NCBI GenBank assembly: GCA_965140785.1
Contig: OZ223510.1
Coordinates: forward strand, 64,001-128,000
DNA from: an uncultured Ruficoccus sp.
GTDB taxonomy: Bacteria > Verrucomicrobiota > Verrucomicrobiia > Opitutales > Cerasicoccaceae
Direction of reading: 5' to 3'
DNA: 64,000 nucleotides
Numbering within the stretch: the first letter of the stretch is position 1; the number at the start of each line of letters is the position of its first letter. The notes beneath the pieces are model-generated. The model searched no databases and was not told the origin of the DNA. It saw nothing but the letters and a program-made list of their open reading frames with translations. Shown here one piece after another: positions 39,912-49,944 of the stretch. The translations under genes were made by a program, and so were the position numbers.

Positions 39912-40973
39912 CTAGCTTTCACGCAGGGATTTTCCTTCGATCCAGGTCCCTTCCACCAGAACATGCGTGGTGATGTCCGGGACGCCCATCTCCTGGATAT
40001 TCAACTTCTCAATCAGCAACTCGATGGCGCGTGCGCCGGTCGCATGAGCATTTTGATCCATACCGGTGAGTTGGGGCTGATCTCTCCACGCATCCAGAAC
40101 GGCGTAGCCCACATCACCGGGGATAGTTATGCCAGCTCCTGTGAGGTAATCGTAGATATACGTGCCTTGGGTCAGAATGGCGTCTGGCTTTACGCGGTGG
40201 TACCAATCCAGGATCGTTTTTTTCTTATATTCTTTCGGCAAAAAGAGAGGGATGCATTCCGCCTGCGGCAAATCTGACTGAAACGAACGAACGCCGGCGC
40301 TCCAGCCCCGGTACGTGCGCAGATCCGTTTCGGCATTAATGACAAAGGCAATACGCCGGTAACCGAGTGCATGTAGCTTTTCCATGGCTACCCGTGCCGA
40401 CTGGAAGTGTTGATGCGAGACGAGATGCAGCTTCGGATTTTGCAGCGTGTAGCCAAACGTGACGACGTAGAAACGCGAAAAATCAAATTCCAGGGTGTTG
40501 TTATAACCGGGTAGAGGTGGCACGAGAATGCCCTGGATTTTCCGGGCGTGGAGAATTCTTTTGAGCGAGTTGGCATTGCCGGCTTCCAGGTTGAGGATAT
40601 GCTCCTCAATACGGTATCCCAATTCACTCGCTCGCTCGCAGGCTCCATCATGGTAGGCCGTGTAAATACGTGAATCTCGCCAACTCCAAGAGGTAGGGAC
40701 GACCGAAAGCCAGGCAACGGTAGCTGTGTAGTGGGGAGGGCTGAGCTTCTTGCGGTAGGCAGCCAATCCGCTGAGGTAAGGGTCCGGTGTGTATCCTGTT
40801 TGTTTGGCCAAATGCAGGACTCGCTCAATTGTTTTCTGCGGGATGTCGGGGTGACGCCGCAATGCCATCGAAACCGTGGACTGAGCCAGACCAAGCTGCA
40901 CGGCGAGGTCTTTTTGCGTCGTCCGTTTCTCCTGTGTTTTAGGTTTGGGGCTGGTCGGCATAGCGTGGACCAC
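39912..40973 (-). CDS. LacI-family regulator
   Basis: TQKDLAVQLGLAQSTVSMALR HTH, GY.PDP.L..L, IPGDVG, G.WIEG.S. Confidence 0.92.
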   Translation of the reverse strand: MVHAMPTSPKPKTQEKRTTQKDLAVQLGLAQSTVSMALRRHPDIPQKTIERVLHLAKQTGYTPDPYLSGLAAYRKKLSPPHYTATVAWLSVVPTSWSWRDSRIYTAYHDGACERASELGYRIEEHILNLEAGNANSLKRILHARKIQGILVPPLPGYNNTLEFDFSRFYVVTFGYTLQNPKLHLVSHQHFQSARVAMEKLHALGYRRIAFVINAETDLRTYRGWSAGVRSFQSDLPQAECIPLFLPKEYKKKTILDWYHRVKPDAILTQGTYIYDYLTGAGITIPGDVGYAVLDAWRDQPQLTGMDQNAHATGARAIELLIEKLNIQEMGVPDITTHVLVEGTWIEGKSLRES

Positions 40974-41387
40974 GGGTTAATCTATTACCACGAATGCGGC
41001 ATGCGCTTAGCTTGGGGCTGGGTATATCTGGTCTGCGGAATAGCCGTATGGCAAGTCAAAGCTTCTTCGGAACCTTGTGCACATAAACAGAAATGGAAGC
41101 TGCTATCACGGCTAACCGGCTCGTGTGCCGCTCTCCGGCGGCCATTGCCTGCCGTGCAGAAAGAGGCCAGATTCATCTTTTGCGCTATGCCTGGCGATGA
41201 CGGCGCTGATTCCTGCTGAACCAGCCGCGCAAGGGTCCGACTAAGATCGATTCGAGATCCTGGGTGTGATCATCGTCGATGGGGTGGGGATGGAGGCGCT
41301 TTTTCTGTTCTGAGGGGAGACGATCTTTGGGCGGGGTGTGGTTTTCCCTTTCCGCGGGGGCGAAAATCCGTCTAAATCACCCGCTTC

Positions 41388-42725
41388 GTGGAACAGAAAA
41401 AACAGAGCAAACGGGTTATCCGCATCGGGCTGCTGGGCTTCGGTACGGTCGGGCAGGGCGTGTGGAAGCACCTACGGGCGGACGCGTCTGAGCTGGAGCG
41501 TCGGCTGGGCGTGAAGCTGGAGCTGGTGCGAGCAGCGGTCTCGGACCTGAAGAAGGAACGCGCGGTACGCATCCCGGCCAGCAAACTGACCGACGATCCC
41601 TACGCGGTGGTGGACGACCCGAAGATCGACATCGTCTGCGAGCTGATCGGCGGCACAAAGCTGGCGCGTACCCTGACCCTGCGTGCGCTCAAGGCGGGTA
41701 AGATCGTCGTCTCGGCCAACAAGGCGCTCATCTGCAAGCACGGCAAGGAGATCTTCCCCTTCGCCCTGCGCAACGGCACCTATTACTTTTTCGAGGCCAG
41801 TGTGGCCGGCGGCATTCCCATCATCAAGACCCTGCGTGAGGGGCTGGTGGCGAACCGCTTCCCGCTCATTTTTGGTATCCTCAACGGCACTTCCAACTAC
41901 ATCCTGACCCGGATGGAGCGCGAGGGGTTGAGCTTCGGTGAGATCGTGGGCGATGCCCGCGCACTGGGCTATGTCGAGGCGGACGAGTCGCTCGACCTCG
42001 ATGGTTGGGACGCCGCGCACAAGGCCGTCATTCTGGCCTATCTGGCGCATGGCCGCTGGGTCAAACTGAACGAAATGCTCGTCGAGGGCATTCGCGGAAT
42101 CACCCAGTACGACATCGCCTACGCCCGCGAGCTGGGCTACAAGATCAAGCTCCTGGCCGTGATCACGCGGGACTTTAGCGCCAACTGCCTGAGCGTGCGC
42201 CTGCACCCGGCCCTGATCTCGCGCCGCGAGATGATGGCCAATGTGGACGAGGTGTACAACGGCGTTAGCCTGACCGGCGACGTCGTCGGCACCACGCTGC
42301 TGGTGGGCCGCGGGGCAGGGCAGGACGCCACTTCCAGCGCCGTTATCAGCGATATCGCCGACGCCGTTTACGCGCTTCAGGGCTGGCCCGCGCCGCGCAT
42401 CAGCGAGGAGGACGAAGACATGTACGCCGAGCTGGGCGAGGGCGTACAGCTCGCCACCCCCGAGTGTATCCGCTCGGCCTACTACCTGCGCCTGCGGGTC
42501 AAGGACCAGCCGGGCGTTCTGGCGCGGGTGACGGATATTATTTCCCGCGAGGGCGTCTCTATCGCCACCATGGCCCAGCATCAGGAGCCAGAAACCGGCA
42601 CGGCGAGCCTCTTGTTCACCACCCACGAATCCAACGAAAAGGTCATAGCCGCGACGATGAAGCGCCTCAAGCGACTCAGCGCGGTGATCGATACGCCGTT
42701 TTTGCTGCGGATTTTCCAGCCGTAG
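41388..42725 (+). CDS. hom: Homoserine dehydrogenase
   Basis: GLLGFGTVG, SANKAL, FEASVAGGIP, GILNGTSNYIL, ALGYVEAD...D.DG.DAAHK, C-terminal ACT domain (DQPGVLA). Confidence 0.97.
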   Translation: MEQKKQSKRVIRIGLLGFGTVGQGVWKHLRADASELERRLGVKLELVRAAVSDLKKERAVRIPASKLTDDPYAVVDDPKIDIVCELIGGTKLARTLTLRALKAGKIVVSANKALICKHGKEIFPFALRNGTYYFFEASVAGGIPIIKTLREGLVANRFPLIFGILNGTSNYILTRMEREGLSFGEIVGDARALGYVEADESLDLDGWDAAHKAVILAYLAHGRWVKLNEMLVEGIRGITQYDIAYARELGYKIKLLAVITRDFSANCLSVRLHPALISRREMMANVDEVYNGVSLTGDVVGTTLLVGRGAGQDATSSAVISDIADAVYALQGWPAPRISEEDEDMYAELGEGVQLATPECIRSAYYLRLRVKDQPGVLARVTDIISREGVSIATMAQHQEPETGTASLLFTTHESNEKVIAATMKRLKRLSAVIDTPFLLRIFQP

Positions 42726-42745
42726 GGAGGGCGCTCCCTTTTTTT
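42724..42745 (+). terminator. Intrinsic terminator after hom
   Basis: AGGGAG-GGCG-CTCCCT followed by a T run. Confidence 0.7.
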
Positions 42746-42748
42746 ATA

Positions 42749-42973
42749 TTCTCACACGGAGGCACGGGGACACAGAGGCCAACGGTGCAATATCTCCGCC
42801 CTCGACCGACCGCTGCCCTCACTTAGGTCAAATCTTTACTCAATCACATAATCCCCAAAAACGACCCGCTTTAATCTAACGATTGGCGTGATATTCCTTT
42901 TTCAAGCGTGATGAAGGCCGATAGGGTCATCAACCACCGTTGGCCTCTGTGTCTCCGTGCCTCCGTGTGAGAA
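42749..42973. repeat. 225 bp element bounded by 39 bp near-perfect inverted repeats
   Basis: TTCTCACACGGAGGCACGGGGACACAGAGGCCAACGGTG (42749-42787) matches the reverse complement of 42935-42973 at 38/39; relatively AT-rich 147 bp spacer. Confidence 0.9.
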
Positions 42974-43052
42974 AAGATAGCCGCTTCCGGTAGCCCCGGC
43001 TCCTTTCGCGCTTGATGCGGGGGGAAAAAGTCGCTTGGCTGGCGGTTTTGTC

Positions 43053-44276
43053 ATGGCCCTGATTGTACAGAAATATGGCGGCACGTCGGTCAAGGATGTC
43101 GATCGCATCCGTAACGTCGCCGAACGCATCAAGAAGACGGTGGACGAAGGTCACCAGGTCGCAGTGGTGGTCTCCGCCCGCGGCGGGGTGACCAATGAAC
43201 TCGTGGCCCGGGCCAAGGAGCTCAACCCCCGTCCCGACGACCGCGAGATGGACATGCTCCTGGCTTGCGGTGAGCAGGAAACCATCGCCCTGACCGCGAT
43301 GGCGCTGCACGCGCTGGGTATCCCCGCCGTCTCCCGGCTGGGCTCGCAGGCCGGTTTCTACACCGACGCCGCCCACACCCGCGCCCGTATCCGCGACATC
43401 ACCGGCGGGGACATCCCCGAGCGCCTGCGCGAAGGCAAGGTCGTCATTGTGGCCGGATTTCAGGGACAGAACGAGCATGGCGAGATCACTACACTGGGCC
43501 GTGGGGGCAGCGACCTGTCCGCCGTCGCCCTGGCCGCCGGTCTCAAGGCCGACGTGTGCCAGATTTACACCGACGTGGAGGGGGTTTACACCGCCGACCC
43601 GCGCGTGGTGCCCAATGCCCGCAAGATTGACGCAATTTCCTATGAGGAGATGCTTGAGCTGGCCTCGATGGGCAGCAAGGTCATGCAGGCCCGCGCAGTC
43701 GAATTCTCCCAGAAGCACAACGTCGTATTCGAAGTGCGCAGCAGTTTTAACCACAACCCCGGAACCATTGTGAAAGCCGAAGTCCCTTCCATGGAAGACG
43801 TCGTCGTGAGCGGCGTCGCACTCGACAAGAACCAGGCGAAGATCGCCGTGTCCGACCTGCCCGACGAACCCGGCACCGCCGCCAAGGTCTTTCAGGCCCT
43901 GGGCGCGGCCAATGTCCTGGTTGACATGATCGTGCAGAACATCGGCCGGGGCGGGGCAGCCAACCTGACCTTTACCGTAAGCAAGGACGACGTGCACCGC
44001 GCTGTCGAGGCGGTCGAGGATGCTCTCCAGAAAATGGGGGGCGGCACGGCCAACTACGTGGGCGACGTGGCCAAGCTGTCCGTCGTCGGCGTCGGCATGC
44101 GCAGCCATGCCGGGGTGGCCGCCACCTTGTTCAGCATTTTAGCCGAGAACGGGATCAACATCCAGATGATCACGACCTCGGAGATTCGCATCTCCGTGGC
44201 TATCGATCTGGAGGAGGCCACTAAGGCCTGCCAGGCGATTCACGACGGTTTCGAGTTGGAAAAACAGCCCGAGTAA
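43053..44276 (+). CDS. lysC: Aspartate kinase
   Basis: MALIVQKYGGTSV, AGFQG, TTLGRGGSD, IYTDVEGVYTADPR, two ACT domains, TSEIRIS. Confidence 0.97.
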   Translation: MALIVQKYGGTSVKDVDRIRNVAERIKKTVDEGHQVAVVVSARGGVTNELVARAKELNPRPDDREMDMLLACGEQETIALTAMALHALGIPAVSRLGSQAGFYTDAAHTRARIRDITGGDIPERLREGKVVIVAGFQGQNEHGEITTLGRGGSDLSAVALAAGLKADVCQIYTDVEGVYTADPRVVPNARKIDAISYEEMLELASMGSKVMQARAVEFSQKHNVVFEVRSSFNHNPGTIVKAEVPSMEDVVVSGVALDKNQAKIAVSDLPDEPGTAAKVFQALGAANVLVDMIVQNIGRGGAANLTFTVSKDDVHRAVEAVEDALQKMGGGTANYVGDVAKLSVVGVGMRSHAGVAATLFSILAENGINIQMITTSEIRISVAIDLEEATKACQAIHDGFELEKQPE

Positions 44277-44300
44277 CACGCCCGGAGCGCGCCCGCATCT

Positions 44301-44849
44301 ATGCCTGAGGAGCCCGTCACGCTATTCATCTCCCGCCGAGTCAAGACGGGACAGGAGGACCGGATGGAGGCCTGGACACAGGGCATCCGGGCCGCCGCCG
44401 CGGGTTTCCCCGGCTACCTGGGCAGCCAGACGCTGGAGCACCACGGCGACCGGCGCGACACCTTTGACGTGATCGTGCACTTTGACAGCGTGAAGGCGCT
44501 GGTGGCCTGGCAGGAGTCGGATACCTGCCGCCAGTGGTACAGTCAGCTCGAACCCATGGTCGAGGACGAGCGCATGTCCCGGCTTCAAGGCTACGAGCCG
44601 TGGTTCCCGCCACCCGAGGGGATGGGCTGCGCCCCCAAGCCCAACAAGTGGAAAATGTGGGTCGTCACCTTCGTATGCGTGTACCCGCTGGTCAACCTCA
44701 CGCTCTTCGCGCTGGGGCCGTTCATGGGCGGGCTGGATGTGTGGCTGCGCTTGCTGGTCTCGGTCCCGATCGTGAGCTTTTTGATGGCGTTCTTCGTCAT
44801 GCCCTTCCTCAGCCGGGTTTTTGCCCGCTGGCTGTATCCTCCCCGGTGA
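44301..44849 (+). CDS. Antibiotic-biosynthesis-monooxygenase-like protein with two C-terminal TM helices
   Basis: FPGYLG, FDS...L.AW..S, G.E.WF, P.KWKM......VYP. Confidence 0.8.
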   Translation: MPEEPVTLFISRRVKTGQEDRMEAWTQGIRAAAAGFPGYLGSQTLEHHGDRRDTFDVIVHFDSVKALVAWQESDTCRQWYSQLEPMVEDERMSRLQGYEPWFPPPEGMGCAPKPNKWKMWVVTFVCVYPLVNLTLFALGPFMGGLDVWLRLLVSVPIVSFLMAFFVMPFLSRVFARWLYPPR

Positions 44850-45060
44850 GGGACAGGCTGGGCTTGCGCAGTCCAGCCGGGTTGCACCCGGTGGCAATGA
44901 AGGGGGCCAGTCCCCCTGCGCCGCCAAAAGGCGGCTACCCCTGGTAGCTTGGTCCAGTCCTGCCGAGGCTGAGTAAAGCCTCAAAATTGGGTCGCACCCT
45001 ATTGATGTTTATGGGCAGGTAGTCGAAATGGAGTTCGAAGCTTATCCGCAAAATTATAAA

Positions 45061-45102
45061 AAAGACGCCCCTGCCGATGACGGAAGGAGCGTCTTTCTTT
45101 TT
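45061..45102. terminator. Probable bidirectional terminator
   Basis: AAAGACGCCCCTGCCG-ATGA-CGGAAGGAGCGTCTTT flanked by A and T runs, between convergent genes. Confidence 0.7.
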
Positions 45103-45165
45103 AGATTCTGAGCGTACCCTGCCTTTGCACTAGGCAAAGGCATCCAGGCTGCAGGGATGCTCTGC

Positions 45166-46476
45166 CTAAGCCTGGGCGAGGGCTTGCTCCAGGTCGGCCT
45201 GGATGTCCTCGAAGTCCTCGATGCCGATGCTCAGGCGCACGAAATCCGGCGTCACCCCGGCGGTGAGGAGTTCGTCCTCGCTGAGCTGGCTGTGGGTGGT
45301 GGTGGCCGGGTGGATGGCCAGGCTCTTGGCGTCACCGATGTTGGCCAGGTGGCTGAAGAGCTTGACCGACTCGATGAACTTGCGGCCCGCTTCGAGTCCG
45401 CCCTTGATGCCGAAGCCCAGCAGCGCGCCGAAGCCGCCCTGAAGGTACTTCTTCGCCGCTTCGTGGTGCGGGTGGTCCTTGAGGCCGGGGTAGTTGACCC
45501 AGGCGACCTTGTCGTGGCCGGCGAGGAACTCGGCCACTTTGAGGGCGTTCTCGCAGTGCCGCTGCATGCGCAGGTGGGCGGTCTCCACGCCGAGCAGGGT
45601 GAGGAAGCTGTTGTGCGGGGAAGGGCAGTTGCCCGTGTCGCGCAACAGTTGGAGGCGCAGCTTGAGCGCGTAGGCGACATTGGCTCCGCCGAAGGGCTCG
45701 AAGCTCTGAAAAACGTCCGCGTAAACGATGCCGTGGTAGCTGGGGTCCGGCTCGGTGAAGCCCGGGTGGCGACCCCGGCTCCAGTCGAAGTTACCCCCGT
45801 CCACAACCATGCCGCCGATGGCCACGCCGTGCCCGCCGAGGAACTTCGTGGTGCTGTGGGCGACGATGTTGCAGCCGTGTTCGATGGGGCGGCAGATCAG
45901 CGGGGTGGCGGTGTTGTCAACGATGAGCGGGATGCCCATTTCCTGGCCGATGGCGGCGACATCGGCGATGGGGAAGACGTTCAGGCGCGGGTTGCCGAGC
46001 GTTTCGCCAAAGAAAGCCTTCGTGTTCGGCTTGGCGGCGCGGCGAAAGTTCTCCGGGTCCTCGCCGTCGATGAAGCTGACCTCGATACCGAGCTTGGGCA
46101 GGGTGTAGTGGAAGAGGTTGTAAGTGCCGCCGTAGAGCTGGGAGACCGAGACGATGTGGTCGCCGCTGCCGGCGACGTTGAGAATGGCATTGGTGATGGC
46201 GGCCGAGCCGCTGCTGTGGGCCACGGCGGTGGTCCCGCCTTCGAGGGCGGCCACACGGGCCTCCAGCACGTCGGTCGTCGGGTTGTGCAGGCGGGTGTAG
46301 ATGTGTCCCAGCTCCTTCAGGGCGAAGAGGTTGGCCGCGTGCTCGGTGTCACGGAAGAGATAACTGGTGGTCTGGTGGATGGGCACCGCCCGCGAGCCGA
46401 AGTCGCTGTCGGGAGTTTGCCCGGCGTGGACGGCGCGCGTGCCGAGACCTTTCATGGGGATTGCGTTGTCGCTCAT
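45166..46476 (-). CDS. metY: O-acetylhomoserine (thiol)-lyase / O-acetylhomoserine aminocarboxypropyltransferase
   Basis: [35 protein letters not shown] (PLP Lys), [23 protein letters not shown]. Confidence 0.93.
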   Translation of the reverse strand: MSDNAIPMKGLGTRAVHAGQTPDSDFGSRAVPIHQTTSYLFRDTEHAANLFALKELGHIYTRLHNPTTDVLEARVAALEGGTTAVAHSSGSAAITNAILNVAGSGDHIVSVSQLYGGTYNLFHYTLPKLGIEVSFIDGEDPENFRRAAKPNTKAFFGETLGNPRLNVFPIADVAAIGQEMGIPLIVDNTATPLICRPIEHGCNIVAHSTTKFLGGHGVAIGGMVVDGGNFDWSRGRHPGFTEPDPSYHGIVYADVFQSFEPFGGANVAYALKLRLQLLRDTGNCPSPHNSFLTLLGVETAHLRMQRHCENALKVAEFLAGHDKVAWVNYPGLKDHPHHEAAKKYLQGGFGALLGFGIKGGLEAGRKFIESVKLFSHLANIGDAKSLAIHPATTTHSQLSEDELLTAGVTPDFVRLSIGIEDFEDIQADLEQALAQA

Positions 46477-46719
46477 AAGCCAACTATCCCAAATCCTCGT
46501 CGCCCAAAGGCAAGCGCGATTTTGCGGGTTGCACGCGCTGGCATAGAGGGGGGCATGGCCTCCTCAAGCTCGAGTGCGGGCACGCACCGTAATTTGGGGA
46601 TTGCTAAGGGCTGGCTGGGGGCAGATAGTTGGCGGCATCGTTTATCGCTGGCCGCGCGATGTCTACCCCGACTGACGGGCGCGGCAAGTTTCGCATAATC
46701 CCGAGTCGATCTTTTCTCC

Positions 46720-47376
46720 ATGCCATTGCGTTTCGCTGAAGAAATCCTCCTGCTGGCCCTCGACGATGCCAGCGGGAAGCTCCATCCCTTGCCCGACCGG
46801 GCGCTCGACCTGGCCCTGGGCGGCGCGTTACTGATGGAGCTGGCATTTCTGAAGAAGATCGACACCGACGAAAAGGAGCTGGCTGTCCTCGACCGGGAGC
46901 TGACCGGCGACGAACTGCTCGACCTGGTGCTGAGCGCCCTGCCCAAGGACCGGGACCGCCTCCCGATCCAGAACGCCCTGTCAGCCGGGCTGCGCAATAT
47001 CCAGGATGTGCGCCAGAAGCTTTTCCGCGGGCTGGTGGACAAGGGCATCCTCAAACAGGAAAAATGCCGCTTTCTCTGGGTCATGCCCGAACGGCGCTAC
47101 CCGGTGATCGACGGCTCGCAGGAGGCGGAGGTCAAATCCCGCATCCGTCAGGTCGTGCTCAGCGGGGCCATCCCGGACCCCAAGGACGTGGTCATTATCT
47201 GCCTAATGAAGGCCTGCGACCTGAGCCCGTATGTTTTCAGCGAGGAGGAACTGGAAAAGGCCCGCCCGCGCATCGCTGAGGTGGCGAAAATGGACTTCAT
47301 CGGGCAGGCGCTGGCCCGCGCCATCCAGCACATTCAGGAGGCGATCCTCGAAACCATCGCCTACATCGGCATGTAA
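46720..47376 (+). CDS. GPP34 (GOLPH3/Vps74-like) family protein
   Basis: L.FAEEILLLALDD..GK, LGGALLMELA, TGDELLD.VL, LVDKGIL, RRYP. Confidence 0.85.
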   Translation: MPLRFAEEILLLALDDASGKLHPLPDRALDLALGGALLMELAFLKKIDTDEKELAVLDRELTGDELLDLVLSALPKDRDRLPIQNALSAGLRNIQDVRQKLFRGLVDKGILKQEKCRFLWVMPERRYPVIDGSQEAEVKSRIRQVVLSGAIPDPKDVVIICLMKACDLSPYVFSEEELEKARPRIAEVAKMDFIGQALARAIQHIQEAILETIAYIGM

Positions 47377-47523
47377 CCAGGACGTAGTCCTGGACCTGTG
47401 ATCCTACCGGATCACCTATTGCTGCGCCAACCGAAGTGCCATCGCCAACGCGGCGGCATGGGCTTCAGCGATTGACGCCAACCTGACCCGAGCCAGGTTT
47501 GACTTATGCCACTTCTCAAAAAG

Positions 47524-47553
47524 AACAAACCCGGCCAGAGGACCGGGTTTGTT
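47524..47553 (-). terminator. Intrinsic terminator downstream of hpf
   Basis: AACAAACCCGG...CCGGGTTTGTT stem with a T run on the minus strand. Confidence 0.7.
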
Positions 47554-47586
47554 GAGAGTTTGGAATTTTTAGTCAGAGAGTGTGCC

Positions 47587-47967
47587 TCAGGCGGCATAGA
47601 CCTTTGGCAATTGGGCCGGAATGTCCACGTCGTGGGGTTGTTTGCGCTTGACCCGGTGGAGCCGCGATCGGCGCCTGAGTTTGCGGTCGAGCTTGTTAAC
47701 CATCTGGTCGATCGACTTGTAGAGGTCTTCGCTAGCGACACTCACGATCATCGGGGCTCCGTTGATCTCGATGTGTCCCTTGGCGATGAACTCTTCCGAC
47801 TTGCCATTGCCCTTATTGAGGTTGTACTCAAGCTCCACGCGCAGGCGGATAATACGTTCCTGATGCTGGAACAGTTTGTCCGCTTTCTCGTGCACGAGAT
47901 TCTTCAGGGCCTCGGTCAGGTCGATATGAAGACCGGAGATGATCACTTCTTTATTGTTCATACGCAT
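47587..47967 (-). CDS. hpf: Ribosome hibernation promoting factor / RaiA family
   Basis: ISG.HIDLTEALK..V.EK..KL, SEDLYKSID.MV.KL.R.LRR. Confidence 0.92.
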   Translation of the reverse strand: MRMNNKEVIISGLHIDLTEALKNLVHEKADKLFQHQERIIRLRVELEYNLNKGNGKSEEFIAKGHIEINGAPMIVSVASEDLYKSIDQMVNKLDRKLRRRSRLHRVKRKQPHDVDIPAQLPKVYAA

Positions 47968-48029
47968 ATTCCGGTTAGTGGTTAGTGACGTAATGGACTT
48001 TTTTCACTCAGATATCCACTCGTCTAGAA

Positions 48030-48827
48030 ATGAATAGCTTAAAGCATGCCGACAAAAAAATATCCGCCGTCATTGTGACGGGCGGATCTTCGGGTATTGG
48101 GGAAAGCTTCATAGCTTCGATTAGTAACCTAGAGGGTAATCCTGCGATTTGCAACCTTTCCCGCTCGGAACCAGCGAAAAAGTGGCTGGATAAGGGGGTC
48201 AGGCACATATCGTGTGATTTAACTTTAGGACAGGAAATCGAACGTGTCGTTCCCGAAATCCTGAGTTTTATTAACGAACATCCCGGGGGCGAGGTTTTGC
48301 TCATCAATAATAGCGGTTTCGGCGGCTACGGGGAATTTTACGACGTGTCTCTGGAGCGCGATCTTTCCATGATCGACCTGAATGTACGCGCTTGCGTGCA
48401 CCTGGCCGGGAAGCTCCTGCCGACGCTGATCGAGCGGGGAGGGGGCATCATCAATGTCGCCTCGACGGCCTGCTTCCAGCCCACGCCGCTGATGGCCACC
48501 TACGGGGCGACCAAGTCCTTCCTGCACAGCTGGAGCCTCGCCCTGAGCGACGAGCTCAAGGACAAGGGCGTCCGCGTGCTCTGTGTGTGCCCTGGGCCGA
48601 CGGCCACGAACTTCTTCCGCGCCGCCGGCTTCGAGGAGTCGCCGATCAGTGTCGGGACCACTCCGGACAAGGTCGCAGAGGAGTCCCTGCAAGCCTATTT
48701 CAAGGACAAGTGGATCGTGACCAACGGCTTCTGGAACAAGGTCGGTGTCGGCATCTCCTCCAAGTTGCCCAAGGTGCTCGTTACCAAACTCTCCGGCGGC
48801 ACCCTGCGCAAAATCCGCAAGACGTGA
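48030..48827 (+). CDS. Short-chain dehydrogenase/reductase
   Basis: TGGSSGIG, INNSGFG, NVAS, YGATK, CPGPT.T. Confidence 0.93.
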   Translation: MNSLKHADKKISAVIVTGGSSGIGESFIASISNLEGNPAICNLSRSEPAKKWLDKGVRHISCDLTLGQEIERVVPEILSFINEHPGGEVLLINNSGFGGYGEFYDVSLERDLSMIDLNVRACVHLAGKLLPTLIERGGGIINVASTACFQPTPLMATYGATKSFLHSWSLALSDELKDKGVRVLCVCPGPTATNFFRAAGFEESPISVGTTPDKVAEESLQAYFKDKWIVTNGFWNKVGVGISSKLPKVLVTKLSGGTLRKIRKT

Positions 48828-49663
48828 GCGAACCCCGCCACTATTCAACCTGGCCCCCCATGAACGGGGAGGCCGAGTTGATCGATCCCGCCGAGCTGCG
48901 TACGTGGATCGTCTATGAGGACGAGGACGTGCTCGTCATCGACAAGCCCGGCTGGATCGTCTGCCACCCCTCAAAAAACGGCCCCTGGTCGAGCCTTGTG
49001 GGAGCCTGCCGGGAGCTGACCGGCCTGGAGACGCTCCATCTGGTGGCGCGACTGGACCGCGAGACCAGCGGCATCGTCCTCATCGCCAAACGCCCCGCGG
49101 CGGCCCGGCGGCTGCAAATGGCCTTTCAGGAGCGCCGGGTGGAGAAGAGCTATCTCGCCATCATGGGCGGGGAGTTGACCGAGTCGGTCAGCGTCAATCA
49201 GCCGCTGGCCAAGGACCTTGAGTCGCAGGTGGCGGCGCGTGTCACCGTTCGCAAGTCCCGCTCGGCGCAAAAGGCGCGCACCCACTTTGAGCCGCTGCTC
49301 AGCGGAGGCGGCTATACGCTCGTAAGGGTGAAGCCCGAGACCGGCCGCAAGCACCAGATCCGCGCTCATGCCTTCTGGCTCGGTCATCCCATTGCCGGGG
49401 ACAAAATCTACGGCCCAGATGATACGCTCTTTCTGGAATTCATCACCGGGGGCTGGACGTCCCGGCTCGCCGCCGCGCTGCCTATGCGCCGTCAGGCCCT
49501 GCACGCGGCCAGTCTGACCTTTGAAAACGGACCGCAGTTCCGCCTCCCCCTGGCCTGGGACATGGTGCAGTTCGCTCGGGAAATCATGGGCGTGGACGTT
49601 GAACCTTACTGTCAGAAGCCCGAAGTCAAAAAAACTGCCGAAAATGTCGGTTTTTCCAGTTGA
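48824..49663 (+). CDS. RluA-family pseudouridine synthase (GTG 48824 or ATG 48860 start)
   Basis: VIDKPG, RLDRETSG (catalytic Asp), TGRKHQIRAH, HPIAGDKIYG, QALHA. Confidence 0.92.
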   Translation: MSEPRHYSTWPPMNGEAELIDPAELRTWIVYEDEDVLVIDKPGWIVCHPSKNGPWSSLVGACRELTGLETLHLVARLDRETSGIVLIAKRPAAARRLQMAFQERRVEKSYLAIMGGELTESVSVNQPLAKDLESQVAARVTVRKSRSAQKARTHFEPLLSGGGYTLVRVKPETGRKHQIRAHAFWLGHPIAGDKIYGPDDTLFLEFITGGWTSRLAAALPMRRQALHAASLTFENGPQFRLPLAWDMVQFAREIMGVDVEPYCQKPEVKKTAENVGFSS

Positions 49664-49687
49664 CCGGGGTGCTAGCACCCATAGCAT
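49660..49687 (+). promoter_or_regulatory. Candidate sigma70 promoter for tRNA-Phe
   Basis: TTGACC-N16-TAGCAT upstream of the tRNA. Confidence 0.45.
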
Positions 49688-49829
49688 CTCCCGTTTTCCT
49701 GTTCTCCGAAAGTCATTCAGCCTTGGAGCTGACCGCAAAAAAACGCCTCTGGCGTGCGGCAAAACCTTGCGTTGACCGATAATTTCCGGTTGTCTGATCG
49801 TTTATAACGCTTTCGCAACCAAACACTTT

Positions 49830-49905
<76 letters not shown>

Positions 49906-49909
49906 CTTT

Positions 49910-49944
49910 AAATCCCGTAAATCCAGCGATTTACGGGATTTTTT
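49910..49944 (+). terminator. Terminator after tRNA-Phe
   Basis: AAATCCCGTAAATC-CAGC-GATTTACGGGATTT followed by Ts. Confidence 0.85.

Noticed and set aside
42726..43052. Lysine riboswitch upstream of lysC
   Set aside because: No recognisable consensus; the region is occupied by the inverted-repeat element.
45157..46698. 513 aa plus-strand ORF
   Set aside because: Antisense shadow of metY.
46720..47376. GPP34 gene as a eukaryote-derived novelty
   Set aside because: The family is already known in many bacteria.
48392..48823. N-terminal extension of the RluA-family ORF
   Set aside because: Out-of-frame overlap with the SDR gene; similarity starts only after 48824.
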